From Elusimicrobia bacterium UBA6262 (GTDB taxonomy: Bacteria > CAYTYR01 > UBA6262), in NCBI GenBank assembly GCA_002441095.1, contig DJVG01000038.1, positions 5,222-69,221 of the forward strand: a stretch of DNA of 64,000 nt. The letters run 5' to 3'. The notes beneath the pieces are model-generated. The model searched no databases. It saw nothing but the letters and a program-made list of their open reading frames with translations, and was not told the origin of the DNA. The translations under genes were made by a program, and so were the position numbers. Shown here one piece after another: positions 49,204 to 58,821 of this stretch (positions are counted from its first letter, which is position 1; each line of letters opens with the position of its first letter).

Positions 49204-49246
49204 TTGGTAATTTATTTGTCATTGGCAATTGGTAATTTTGATTTGG
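49143..49246. repeat. Degenerate micro-repeat palindrome (CAAAT/ATTTG family) overlapping the lpxI 3' end
   Basis: ccaatgac/caaat units then aattggt/atttg units. Confidence 0.75.
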
Positions 49247-49260
49247 ACAGGGGTTTCATA

Positions 49261-50199
49261 ATGTCTTCGCTTAAGATGGGGGTTATAGGAATAGGACACC
49301 TTGGGGTGCATCATGCCAGGATCGTCAGCAGCTTACCTGAAGTTGAGCTTATCGGGATCTGTGATATCAATGCATCCCAGGCCAGAAGGATCGCCAGCCA
49401 ATATAAGACTGCGGCGTATACTGACTACCGGCAGCTCCTGACCAAGGTTGATGCGGTGAGTATTGCCGTTCCCACCCCGTTGCATTACCAGATCGCTAAA
49501 GATTTTATCAATGCCCAGGTGCACTGTTTGATCGAAAAACCGATCACGCCGAACCTGGCTGAGGCCGAAGAATTGCTGGCCCTGGTAAAACAGAAAAATT
49601 TGATCCTCCAGGTTGGGCATATTGAACGATTTAATCCTGCCGTTCTCGAAGCGCAAAAATATATCAATGAGCCAAAATTCATTGAAGTCAATCGCTTAGG
49701 GCCGTATGACCCGCGCGTGGCTCATATCAGCGTCGTCCTTGACCTGATGATCCATGATATCGACATTGTGCTGTACCTGGTACAAGACCGGATACTGTCC
49801 ATAGATGCAGTCGGGGCCAAAGTGCTGAGCCATTTTGAAGATATCGCTAATGCCAGGATCCGCTTTGCCAATGGTTGCGTAGCCAATATTTCCGCCAGCC
49901 GGGTATCCTTAAAGAAATTCCGCAAGATCCGTATTTTCCAAAAAGATTCGTACCTTTCCCTTGATTATGCCAAGCCTGGCTTAAAATTATACCAGAAAAA
50001 AAAGGAAGATGTCACCAGCCTGAAAGATATAAGAGTCGTTTATCCACGGTTGGTCAAGCTAGAGCCTTTGGCTGAAGAATTGAAACATTTTGTCAATTGT
50101 GTCCGGGAAGGCAGGAACCCCCAGGTAACCGGTGAACATGGGCGGGATGCCCTGGAAATAGCCCTGGAAATCATGAGGAAAATAAAGAGCAGCGAATAA
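49261..50199 (+). CDS. Gfo/Idh/MocA oxidoreductase, probable GnnA-like UDP-GlcNAc 3-dehydrogenase
   Basis: GVIGIGHLG, LIEKPI, VGHIERFNPA, DLMIHDID; located between lpxI and lpxB. Confidence 0.75.
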   Translation: MSSLKMGVIGIGHLGVHHARIVSSLPEVELIGICDINASQARRIASQYKTAAYTDYRQLLTKVDAVSIAVPTPLHYQIAKDFINAQVHCLIEKPITPNLAEAEELLALVKQKNLILQVGHIERFNPAVLEAQKYINEPKFIEVNRLGPYDPRVAHISVVLDLMIHDIDIVLYLVQDRILSIDAVGAKVLSHFEDIANARIRFANGCVANISASRVSLKKFRKIRIFQKDSYLSLDYAKPGLKLYQKKKEDVTSLKDIRVVYPRLVKLEPLAEELKHFVNCVREGRNPQVTGEHGRDALEIALEIMRKIKSSE

Positions 50200-50205
50200 A
50201 AGCCG

Positions 50206-50241
50206 AATGCCTGCCTGCCGGTAGGCAGGATAGCTAATATC
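50206..50241. repeat. 36-bp REP-like palindrome, copy 2
   Basis: Identical to 47339-47374. Confidence 0.85.
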
Positions 50242-50297
50242 GCTAATAAGAGCATTCGTGGCATTCGCTGTCATTCGAGTCATTCGCAGGAGTTTTC

Positions 50298-51425
50298 GTG
50301 AAAAAGATTTTCATCGTGGCTGGTGAAGCCAGCGGAGATATCCATGGCGCAAACCTGGTAAAAGAGTTAAGAAAATTGCAGCCGGATGCTACTATTGTCG
50401 GATTTGGCGGACAGAGAATGCAAGCCGCCGGGATGAAGCTGCTCTATAACCTGGCTGACCATGCAGTTATTGGTTTTTTTGAGGTCATTAAAAATCTGGT
50501 TTTGATCAAACGGTTATTGAAAACCACAGGCCGATATCTACGCGAAGAAAAACCGGACATTGTCATACTGATAGATTATCCTGGTTTTAATTTTAAGGTC
50601 GGGAAACTGGCGCATTCGTTACATATCCCCGTAGTATATTACATTGCGCCGCAAATCTGGGCCTGGTGGCCGGGGCGGATCAAAGAGATCAAGGAATTTG
50701 CCAGTAAAGTACTGGTGGTCTTTCCCTTTGAAGAAGAAATCTATGCGCAGGCCGGTATTCCGGTCAAATGGGTAGGTCATCCGCTGCTGGAACATATTCC
50801 CGCAGAAACAAAAATCGATATTTACGAGAAATATCAGCTGGATCGGAAGAAGAAACTGATCGGGCTATTACCAGGCAGCCGGCGCCAGGAAATAGAACAT
50901 TTACTTCCCGTAATGTTAGCTGCTGCCGGCAAAGTGCTGGCCACCCAACCTGATATTGAATTGGTTTTATTGCGTTCCTCGTCTATAGACCGGACCTGGC
51001 TGGAAAATATTATTCAATCTTCACGCTTGGCGGTTAAAGTTATAGATGATGATACTTACCAGGTCCGGCGGCAGCTGGCGTTAGCCTATGTTGCCAGCGG
51101 GACAGCAACACTGGAAATGGCCTATTTGGGTATTCCTATGCTGATCATGTATAAGGTGAATGCCTTAAGCTATCAAATGGCCAAGCGCCTGGTAAAGATA
51201 CCATATATCGGTTTGGCTAATATTGTCAGCGGCCAAAAAGTAGTGCCAGAATTTGTCCAGGATGCGGTAGAACCTTCAGGCATTGCAGCGCAGACTGAAA
51301 AATATTTACATAATCCTGCTGAGCTGAAAGCGATCAAGGATACATTGTTGCAGATCAAGGATAAACTGGGGGCCCCCGGCGCCTCGTTACGGGCGGCGCA
51401 GGAAATAGTAGTCATCCTAGACTAG
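50298..51425 (+). CDS. lpxB: Lipid-A-disaccharide synthase
   Basis: AGEASGD, IDYPGFN, PQIWAW, LLPGSR, ASGTATLE. Confidence 0.97.
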   Translation: MKKIFIVAGEASGDIHGANLVKELRKLQPDATIVGFGGQRMQAAGMKLLYNLADHAVIGFFEVIKNLVLIKRLLKTTGRYLREEKPDIVILIDYPGFNFKVGKLAHSLHIPVVYYIAPQIWAWWPGRIKEIKEFASKVLVVFPFEEEIYAQAGIPVKWVGHPLLEHIPAETKIDIYEKYQLDRKKKLIGLLPGSRRQEIEHLLPVMLAAAGKVLATQPDIELVLLRSSSIDRTWLENIIQSSRLAVKVIDDDTYQVRRQLALAYVASGTATLEMAYLGIPMLIMYKVNALSYQMAKRLVKIPYIGLANIVSGQKVVPEFVQDAVEPSGIAAQTEKYLHNPAELKAIKDTLLQIKDKLGAPGASLRAAQEIVVILD

Positions 51426-51475
51426 ACTTCAGGATGTCTTGATTACACAGATTAAACAAAGAAGAGAAAAACACT

Positions 51476-53203
51476 ATGGATAATAAAGCTATTTTTAAGA
51501 AATTATGGCTGTATGTCAAACCTTACTATAGCCGCCTGCTTTGGGCTGTAGCCTGCATGATCGGTGTGGCCTTATTTACTACTGCTTCGATGTGGATCCT
51601 GAAATATGTGATTGACCGCATTTTTATTGAAAAAAACACCCAGATGCTTTTATGGATCTCCCTGAGTTTGCCGTTGATCTTCCTGTTGAAGGGGATTTGT
51701 TCTTACGGACAAGGCTATCTCATGTCTTATATCGGGCAAAAAATTGTCATGGATCTGCGTAATGATCTGTTTGAGCATTACCAAAAGCTTTCCCTGGATT
51801 ATTTTGAGAATAAAAGGACCGGCTCTATTATTTCCCGGATCACTAATGATGTCGGTATTATTCAGAATGCAGTGTCCAGCGGCTTGGTCAGTATAATCAA
51901 GGATGGTTTAACTATTATCGGCCTGATTACCTTAATGTTTTATTTGCATTGGCGTTTTGCCACCTATACCCTGGTTTTTAGCCCTTTTCTGATCTATGTA
52001 TTAGCGATCTTCGGCAAGAAGTTACGGCATGTCTCCACTGAATCCCAGCAGAAAACCGCAGATATATACTCTATCCTCATTGAGACGATTTCCGGCATCA
52101 AGATCGTCAAGGCTTTTTGCGCGCAAGACCGGGAAATCGAGCGGTTCACCAGGGAGAATCGCAATTTCTTTAACATTACCATGCGGTCCATGCGGGTGAT
52201 CGCCCTGTCGCCGCCGCTGATGGAGTTTATCGGAGTACTGGGGTCAACGATCTTTGTCTGGTATGGCGGGATGGAAGTGATCCGCGGTTATTGGACAGCC
52301 GGAGCATTTTTCTCTTTTGTGGGAGCCGCCCTGTCAACCTATACCCCGATCAAGAGCTTTTCCAATAGTAATGCCGTATTGCAGCAGACCATTGCTGCCA
52401 GCGAGCGTATTTTTAAAGTCCTGGAAACTGAACCGACCGTGATGGAAGCGCCGGACGCGGTTCCCCTGCCGTTACTGCAGAGAGATATCGTGTTTGAAAA
52501 AATCGGTTTTGCCTATGACGCTGAGCAAGTATTGAACGATATCGACTTAAAAGTAAAAACCGGGGAAATTATTGCTATTGTAGGACCCAGTGGCAGCGGT
52601 AAGACGACCCTGGTCAATTTGTTGCCCCGTTTCTATGATCCGACGGCAGGACAGATCAAAATGGATGGCCATGATTTAAAAGGAGTGATCTTAGCTTCCT
52701 TGAGAAACCAGATCGGTATTGTTACCCAGGAAACCATTCTTTTTAGCGATACGGTCAGGAATAATATTTCTTACGGGAGTCCGCAAGCCAGTGAAAAGGA
52801 AATAATAAAAGCGGCTAAAGCTGCTAACGCGCATACTTTTATCGTGGCCATGGAGCAAGGATATGAAACAATGATCCGGGACCGGGGCATCAACTTAAGC
52901 GGCGGAGAGCGCCAGCGCCTGGCCATGGCCCGGGCGATATTAAAGGACCCCCGTATCCTGGTCCTTGATGAAGCCACCAGCGCCCTGGATAGCGAGAGCG
53001 AGCAGATCGTGCAGGAGGCCCTGGATCAATTAATGATGAAGCGTACCACCTTCATTATTGCTCATCGGCTTTCTACCGTCAGAAAAGCGGATAAGATAGT
53101 TATACTGGAAAAGGGCAGGATAGTGGATATCGGAAAGCACCAGGAACTGCTTGACCGCTGCAGTTTATATAAAAAACTGTATGAGATACAGTTTAGAGCT
53201 TAA
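51476..53203 (+). CDS. msbA: Lipid A flippase ABC transporter (MsbA-like)
   Basis: TM domain plus GPSGSGKT, LSGGERQR, DEATSALD; located in the lipid A cluster. Confidence 0.88.
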   Translation: MDNKAIFKKLWLYVKPYYSRLLWAVACMIGVALFTTASMWILKYVIDRIFIEKNTQMLLWISLSLPLIFLLKGICSYGQGYLMSYIGQKIVMDLRNDLFEHYQKLSLDYFENKRTGSIISRITNDVGIIQNAVSSGLVSIIKDGLTIIGLITLMFYLHWRFATYTLVFSPFLIYVLAIFGKKLRHVSTESQQKTADIYSILIETISGIKIVKAFCAQDREIERFTRENRNFFNITMRSMRVIALSPPLMEFIGVLGSTIFVWYGGMEVIRGYWTAGAFFSFVGAALSTYTPIKSFSNSNAVLQQTIAASERIFKVLETEPTVMEAPDAVPLPLLQRDIVFEKIGFAYDAEQVLNDIDLKVKTGEIIAIVGPSGSGKTTLVNLLPRFYDPTAGQIKMDGHDLKGVILASLRNQIGIVTQETILFSDTVRNNISYGSPQASEKEIIKAAKAANAHTFIVAMEQGYETMIRDRGINLSGGERQRLAMARAILKDPRILVLDEATSALDSESEQIVQEALDQLMMKRTTFIIAHRLSTVRKADKIVILEKGRIVDIGKHQELLDRCSLYKKLYEIQFRA

Positions 53204-53249
53204 AAAAGTTGCGAGTTCTGAGTTGCGGGTTTCGAGTTAGGAGCTATTT

Positions 53250-53879
53250 TTGATCAATAAGCTTATTGCTTTTATCGGGTATATAGCTATTTGGTTTATT
53301 GGCCTTACCAGCCATATTACTGTGATCAATAATGGGATTATTGAAAATTTAAAGAAAGAAGGCAGGAATTATATCTATGCTTTCTGGCACGGCCGGCAGT
53401 TATTCCTCGTTTATTCCCACCGTTTCCGAAAAATTAATATTCTGATCAGCCAGAGCCGGGATGGCCAGCTGATCACCGATATTACCAGGTTATTCGGTTT
53501 TAAGGCGGTCCGTGGTTCAACTACCCGCGGCGGTATGCGCGCCTTGGTCTCCTTGGTCCAGGCCGCGGCAGCCGGCGATATCCTGGCTTTTACTCCTGAT
53601 GGGCCTAAAGGACCTTACCGGGAGATCCAACCCGGCGTTTTATATATTGCCCAGAAAACAGGCTTGCCGATCGTGCCGCTGACTTTCAGTGCCCGCAGGA
53701 AAATCGTACTGCATAGTAATTGGGATAAATTTGTCATACCGTATCCATTTAATTCTATCATTGTGGCTAATGGTACCCCGATATATATTCAAAAGACAGA
53801 CGATCTGGAAGTGAAGAAAAAAGAACTACAGCAAGCGATGAACCTGCTGACCGATAAAACTGATAAACTGGTAGAGTAG
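53250..53879 (+). CDS. DUF374 lysophospholipid acyltransferase family protein (LpxJ-like)
   Basis: FWHGRQ, ISQSRDG, RGSTTRGG, TPDGPKGP, WDKFVIPYPF. Confidence 0.85.
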   Translation: MINKLIAFIGYIAIWFIGLTSHITVINNGIIENLKKEGRNYIYAFWHGRQLFLVYSHRFRKINILISQSRDGQLITDITRLFGFKAVRGSTTRGGMRALVSLVQAAAAGDILAFTPDGPKGPYREIQPGVLYIAQKTGLPIVPLTFSARRKIVLHSNWDKFVIPYPFNSIIVANGTPIYIQKTDDLEVKKKELQQAMNLLTDKTDKLVE

Positions 53880-53899
53880 TACTGCGCTAAGGAGCAAAC

Positions 53900-55165
53900 T
53901 TGATGTGGTTATATAATCTCATTCTTATCATGGTGTTGCTTCTGTCTGCTCCTTATTGGTTAGTAAAGCTGCTATTTTCCCGCGTCTGGCGGGTTGGTTT
54001 TAAACAACGGTTAGGATTCGGGTGCCCAGTGCTGCAGCAGCCGGTAATTTTGCTGCATGCCGCCAGTGTCGGAGAAATCAGGATCGCTGAAATCCTGATC
54101 AAAGAGCTAAAGCAGCGGGCTGATCCCCGGCCGATAGTGGTTTCAGTTCTTACTCCCACTGGTTTCACACAGGCTCAAACGCGCCTGAATGGCTTGGCTG
54201 AGGTTGTTTTTGCTCCCTTAGACCTGCCTTTTATCGTTGGACGATTTATGAAGAAGATCAACCCGGTTTTACTGGGAGTCATAGAAACAGAATTATGGCC
54301 TAATCTTATTGTTACTGCCAAAAACAAAGGCGTGAAAATAATCCTGCTGAACGGACGGTTGTCGGACCGGAGTTATCCCACCTATCAAAAAATTAAAATA
54401 TTATTTAGAAAAATAATACGCTATTTTGATTACGCCTGTGTGCAAACGGAAGAGGATAAAAAAAGATTTATGGCTTTGGGATTGCCGCCGGAACGGCTGG
54501 CTGTTACTTCGTCAGTTAAATATGATTTTGAGATCAAGCTGGATGTCCCTGCCGCCAGTATCCGCCAGAGATATTCATTCGCACCGGATGACTTGATCTG
54601 GGTGGCCGGCAGTACCCGCAACGGGGAAGAGGCAGTGCTTATTAAAGCCTGGCTGGATATACGGGGAAAAGTGCCAAACTTAAAATTAGTGCTGGCGCCC
54701 AGGCATCTGAAACGAATTAATGAGATCAAAAAACTGCTCAGTAATAAAGCCATATCATTTGCGTTAAGTTCACAGGGGCATACAGGTACACCGCCTTTTG
54801 ACTGTTTATTGATCGATACTATGGGAGAACTCTTGCCAGCCTACAGCCTAGCGGATGTCGTTTTTATCGGTGGCAGCCTGGCTCAGTACGGCGGCCAGAA
54901 TATATTGGAACCGGCAGCCCTGGCCAAGCCAGTGGTCTGCGGCCAGGATATGCGCAATTTTAAGGAAATAACAAGCTATCTATTAGCCCAAAAAGCGATT
55001 ATCCAGGTACACACCCTGGCCGAGTTAGTGGAAAATATTGTATTCCTATTGACTCATAAAGAAGCCGCCCGGCAAATGGGAATTAAAGCCCGGGAAAGCT
55101 TGATTGCCAAAAAAGGGGCAGCAGATAAAAATGTTGAGGCCATGGAAAGACTGTTAGCGGAGTAA
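53900..55165 (+). CDS. waaA: Kdo transferase
   Basis: LHAASVGE, APLDL, ETELWPN, NGRLS, AGST, APRH, GGQNILEPA. Confidence 0.96.
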   Translation: MMWLYNLILIMVLLLSAPYWLVKLLFSRVWRVGFKQRLGFGCPVLQQPVILLHAASVGEIRIAEILIKELKQRADPRPIVVSVLTPTGFTQAQTRLNGLAEVVFAPLDLPFIVGRFMKKINPVLLGVIETELWPNLIVTAKNKGVKIILLNGRLSDRSYPTYQKIKILFRKIIRYFDYACVQTEEDKKRFMALGLPPERLAVTSSVKYDFEIKLDVPAASIRQRYSFAPDDLIWVAGSTRNGEEAVLIKAWLDIRGKVPNLKLVLAPRHLKRINEIKKLLSNKAISFALSSQGHTGTPPFDCLLIDTMGELLPAYSLADVVFIGGSLAQYGGQNILEPAALAKPVVCGQDMRNFKEITSYLLAQKAIIQVHTLAELVENIVFLLTHKEAARQMGIKARESLIAKKGAADKNVEAMERLLAE

Positions 55166-55229
55166 AGGCACAAGAAAGAAAAATAGTTTTGCTTTTAACT
55201 TTGTGCTTATCTTGAGGGGAGTTGACCGA

Positions 55230-56273
55230 GTGGCGGATATTAGTGAATACAAAAACATCCTGGTAATTCGCCTTAGCTCGCTGGGGGATGTGGTCCTGAC
55301 TACGCCGGTATTTGCTAATTTGCGCCAGGCCCTGCCTGAAACTAAGTTATCCGTTCTTACGAAAAGCCAGTATAAGGATATTTTTTTAAATAATCCGAAC
55401 ATTAATGAGATCTTAACGCTGGATAAACAGGAACCCCTGGCCAGCCTGATAAACCGGGTACGTAAAAATAAATATGACTTGATCATTGACCTGCATAATA
55501 ATTTACGCAGCCATATCGTGGGTTTTGCTTCCGGCGCAAAAGTTATCCGTTACAATAAGCAATCAATAAACCGCTATGCTTTACTGCACTTTAGGCAAAG
55601 TAATCCGGCTTTGCGGAAAAGCGTAATTCAGCGCTACTTGGACACTCTGGATTTTTTGGGTTCACGGCTAGGGCGTCTTGATACTAAAATCTATCTAACA
55701 GAAAAAGAAACCAGGCAAGCCCAGGCTTTTCTGGAACAGTGTGGCTGCGGCACGGGAGATTTGATCATTGGCTTGAATCCAGGCGCGAAATGGGAAACTA
55801 AAAAATGGCCGTTGCCGAACTGGCTGGAATTTATTAAATTATGCCAGGGCCAGAAAATAAAACTGCTGTTGTTCGGCGATTCCAGTGACCAGAGGTTCAT
55901 CAGCGCCCTGTTAAAAGAAGCGGGAGAAGTAAGAGATACTGTAATAAATATGGCCGGTAAAACTGACCTGCGGCAGTTAAGCGCGCTGATCAAGCAATGC
56001 CGGGTATTGGTCACAGGCGATTCCGGAGCATTGCATATCGCGCAGGCGCTGGCTGTCCCGGTCTTAGTGCTGCTTGGCCCAACAGTACCGGAATTCGGTT
56101 TTATAAGTGCCCGGAGAAACGATATAGTATTATTTAAAGAATTACCCTGCCGGCCGTGCAGCCTGCATGGGACCAATGACTGTAAAAGAGGTGACCGGTT
56201 GTGCTTGGCCGGCCTATCAGCCAAGGAAGTATTTGGCTCTTTGCAGGAGCAGTTAAAGACAGATGGCAGTTAG
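55230..56273 (+). CDS. GT9 family (heptosyltransferase-like) glycosyltransferase
   Basis: IRLSSLGDVVL, NPGAKWETKKWP, TGDSGALHIA, CRPCS; GTG 55230 preferred (ORF track 55203). Confidence 0.9.
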   Translation: MADISEYKNILVIRLSSLGDVVLTTPVFANLRQALPETKLSVLTKSQYKDIFLNNPNINEILTLDKQEPLASLINRVRKNKYDLIIDLHNNLRSHIVGFASGAKVIRYNKQSINRYALLHFRQSNPALRKSVIQRYLDTLDFLGSRLGRLDTKIYLTEKETRQAQAFLEQCGCGTGDLIIGLNPGAKWETKKWPLPNWLEFIKLCQGQKIKLLLFGDSSDQRFISALLKEAGEVRDTVINMAGKTDLRQLSALIKQCRVLVTGDSGALHIAQALAVPVLVLLGPTVPEFGFISARRNDIVLFKELPCRPCSLHGTNDCKRGDRLCLAGLSAKEVFGSLQEQLKTDGS

Positions 56274-56311
56274 CAGATGGCTGGCGGCAGAAAAAGAATA
56301 AGGTGCAATTA

Positions 56312-57349
56312 ATGGAAAAATTAAAAAGAATATTAATAATTCAGACGGCGTTTTTGGGAGATGTCGTCTTAACTATCCCGTTGATCATGGCGGCAAAAAA
56401 AGCTTTTCCGGATGCTTATCTTGGCGTCATGGTTATTCCTGCGGTGAGGGAAATACTGGCGAATAATCCGGATATAGACGAGATTATCGTGTATGACAAA
56501 AAGGGCAAAGATAGGTCCTGGATGGCTTTCCGGGACTTAGTGGTAAAGATAAAAGCACATCATTTTAATGTGGCCATACTGCCGCATCGTTCGCTAAAAA
56601 GTGCTTTGCTGTGTTTCCTGGCCCGGATCCCCAGAAGGATCGGATTTGTTGTTGCTGCCGGGAGCTTTCTGTATACTGATAAAGTACCTTATAAGCAAAG
56701 TCCTAAGATCCATGAGATCGACCGCAATCTTGACCTGCTCAAACCTTTGGGCGTGAAAGACAGAAAGTCAAACATTTCCCTGGACCCTGGGAAAGAGGCG
56801 ATTAATCATGTTTTGGAACTTTGCAATGAATATGAGATCAAACCAGCGGACCTGGTGATCGGCATAAACCCCGGCAGTGTTTGGCCGACTAAACGTTATG
56901 CGACGGAAAATTTTGCGGCCTTAGCTGACCGGCTAAGCCAGGAGCTTAAGGCGACGATCATTATTATTGGCAGTCCGGCTGATGTCCAAGTGGCTGATAA
57001 AATGGTCCGGCAAATGCGTGAAACAGCTATCAATCTGGCTGGTCGGACAACTCTCCTGCAAATGGTCGCCTTGATGAAGCGGCTAAACCTACTGGTCACT
57101 AATGATTCAGGTGCTATGCATGTAGCGGTAGCCATGGGCGTGCCGGTCGTGGCAATTTTTGGCGCGACTACGCAGTCCCTGGGTTTTTACCCGTACAGCA
57201 CCAAAGATATTGTAGTAGAAAAAGATTTGCCTTGCCGGCCATGCGGGAAGCACGGGGGCAGGCGTTGCCCGAAGAAGAATTTTGCCTGCATGAGATTGAT
57301 CACAGTATCAGATGTTTTTGAGGCGGTGAAAAGACGGCTGGAAGAATAG
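56312..57349 (+). CDS. waaF: Lipopolysaccharide heptosyltransferase II-like (GT9)
   Basis: IQTAFLGDVVL, NPGSVWPTKRY, TNDSGAMHVA, CRPCG; ATG 56312. Confidence 0.85.
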   Translation: MEKLKRILIIQTAFLGDVVLTIPLIMAAKKAFPDAYLGVMVIPAVREILANNPDIDEIIVYDKKGKDRSWMAFRDLVVKIKAHHFNVAILPHRSLKSALLCFLARIPRRIGFVVAAGSFLYTDKVPYKQSPKIHEIDRNLDLLKPLGVKDRKSNISLDPGKEAINHVLELCNEYEIKPADLVIGINPGSVWPTKRYATENFAALADRLSQELKATIIIIGSPADVQVADKMVRQMRETAINLAGRTTLLQMVALMKRLNLLVTNDSGAMHVAVAMGVPVVAIFGATTQSLGFYPYSTKDIVVEKDLPCRPCGKHGGRRCPKKNFACMRLITVSDVFEAVKRRLEE

Positions 57350-57361
57350 GCTCTTAAAAAG

Positions 57362-57436
57362 GGTATCAGGTAATCAGGGTAACAGGATTAGGATATCAGG
57401 AAATCAGGATAGCAGGTTCCTGATAATCTGATAACC
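57362..57436. repeat. Degenerate micro-repeat palindrome (ATCAGG/CCTGAT family), copy 4
   Basis: atcaggatagcaggttcctgataatctgat core. Confidence 0.8.
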
Positions 57437-57472
57437 GTAACTAAAAATCTGTGTAATCGAAAAGGAACTTAA

Positions 57473-58567
57473 ATGAACATACTGCAGTTGATCGATGAAC
57501 CCTGGGATAGCGGTATTACCAGTTATGCCTTGACCGTGTCGAAAGCGCTGACCGACCGCGGGCATAAGGTGATCGTCGGCGGCTGGCCGAATAAGCCGCC
57601 CATTCAACAGGCTAAAAAAATGGACCTGCCGGTTCTGCCGGTCAATTTCACCGATGTGAATGTTTTTAACCTGAAATCAGCTATGACCAGGGAAAAAATA
57701 GAATTAGTTAACGCGCATGGCGGCCAAAGCCATTTTTGGGCCTATTTTTCCCTGCGTACGACATTCAGCCATATTCCGATCGTGCGTACGCGCGGCGATA
57801 TCCGTAATCCATCTGCTAATACCGCCAGCAAGCATTTATATGAAAAAAGCAACCTGGTGATCTGCGCGGCAGATTTTATCCGTAATGCCTGCGTGAAAAG
57901 CCTGGGCCTGCCGGAGGAAAAATTTGTCACTATCTACCAGGGTCTTGATACAGCGTTGTTCAAGCCGCAATATGCGGATGAGGGCGTGAAAAAAGAGTTA
58001 AAAATTGAACCTGGCACGGCGGTCATCGGGATAGTCGGGCGCTTGGATCCGGTCAAAGGGCACAGTACGTTTGTGCAGGCGGCTAAAATGGTCAAGGATA
58101 TTTATCCCAAAGTCAGGTTCCTGATCGTTGGCAAAGAAGAAAATGTCAAATGGAAAAGACTGTCTGAGACGGTATATAGCCTTGGGTTACAAGATGAAAT
58201 GTCTTATCTGGGGCGCACTGAAGATGTGGTCAGGTTCATGAATACCTGTGATATCGGAGTCGTAGCTTCCGTAGGCAGCGAAGCTATTTCCCGGGCAGTG
58301 ATGGAATGGATGGCTTGCGGTAAACCGTTGGTAGCCACTAAAGTCGGGTGTATTCCGGAAATCATTCAGGATATGGAGAATGGCTACCTGGTAGATCCTG
58401 GTGACCAGGAAGCTATGGCGCAAAGGATTTATGACCTCCTGATTGACCAAAACATGGGCCGGCGCATGGGTGACAAAGCGCAACGGCATATAAAAGAGAA
58501 ATACAGCCTGAAACAATTTGCCATTAATACCGAGAACGCTTATCATAAAGTTTTGGCTATAAAGTAG
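57473..58567 (+). CDS. GT4 family glycosyltransferase (LPS core)
   Basis: VGRLDPVKGH, EAISRAVMEWMACGKPLVATKVG. Confidence 0.9.
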   Translation: MNILQLIDEPWDSGITSYALTVSKALTDRGHKVIVGGWPNKPPIQQAKKMDLPVLPVNFTDVNVFNLKSAMTREKIELVNAHGGQSHFWAYFSLRTTFSHIPIVRTRGDIRNPSANTASKHLYEKSNLVICAADFIRNACVKSLGLPEEKFVTIYQGLDTALFKPQYADEGVKKELKIEPGTAVIGIVGRLDPVKGHSTFVQAAKMVKDIYPKVRFLIVGKEENVKWKRLSETVYSLGLQDEMSYLGRTEDVVRFMNTCDIGVVASVGSEAISRAVMEWMACGKPLVATKVGCIPEIIQDMENGYLVDPGDQEAMAQRIYDLLIDQNMGRRMGDKAQRHIKEKYSLKQFAINTENAYHKVLAIK

Positions 58568-58735
58568 AGAGCAGTAAAAGCGAGGAACAGTAGGTACGAG
58601 AGGCAGTTGCCAGTCAGTACTAAAAGCAGTTGTCAGTAAATACGAAATACAGTTGCCAGTGCACCAGTTAACTGCTTTTCGTTCTTACTGGTAACTGCTT
58701 TTCATTTTGACTGCTGTTCGCTCTTACTGGCTACT
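58568..58735. repeat. Degenerate micro-repeat palindrome (CAGT/ACTG family)
   Basis: cagttgccagt units, apex cagttaactg, then actggt/actgc units. Confidence 0.75.
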
Positions 58736-58755
58736 CCGAAAAGGGGTTTTTTTTA

Positions 58756-58784
58756 TTGCAAATAAACAATAATAAAGCTATAAT
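58756..58784 (+). promoter_or_regulatory. Sigma70-type promoter of the primase-like gene
   Basis: TTGCAA-N17-TATAAT, 37 nt upstream of ATG 58822. Confidence 0.7.
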
Positions 58785-58821
58785 AACTTAACTAAAAGCA
58801 GAGGAGTTTCAGGACTAAAAA

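Noticed and set aside
57463-57500. Second GGAACTT ECF-like -35 upstream of the GT4 gene
   Set aside because: No matching -10 at 16-17 nt, and the motif abuts the start codon.
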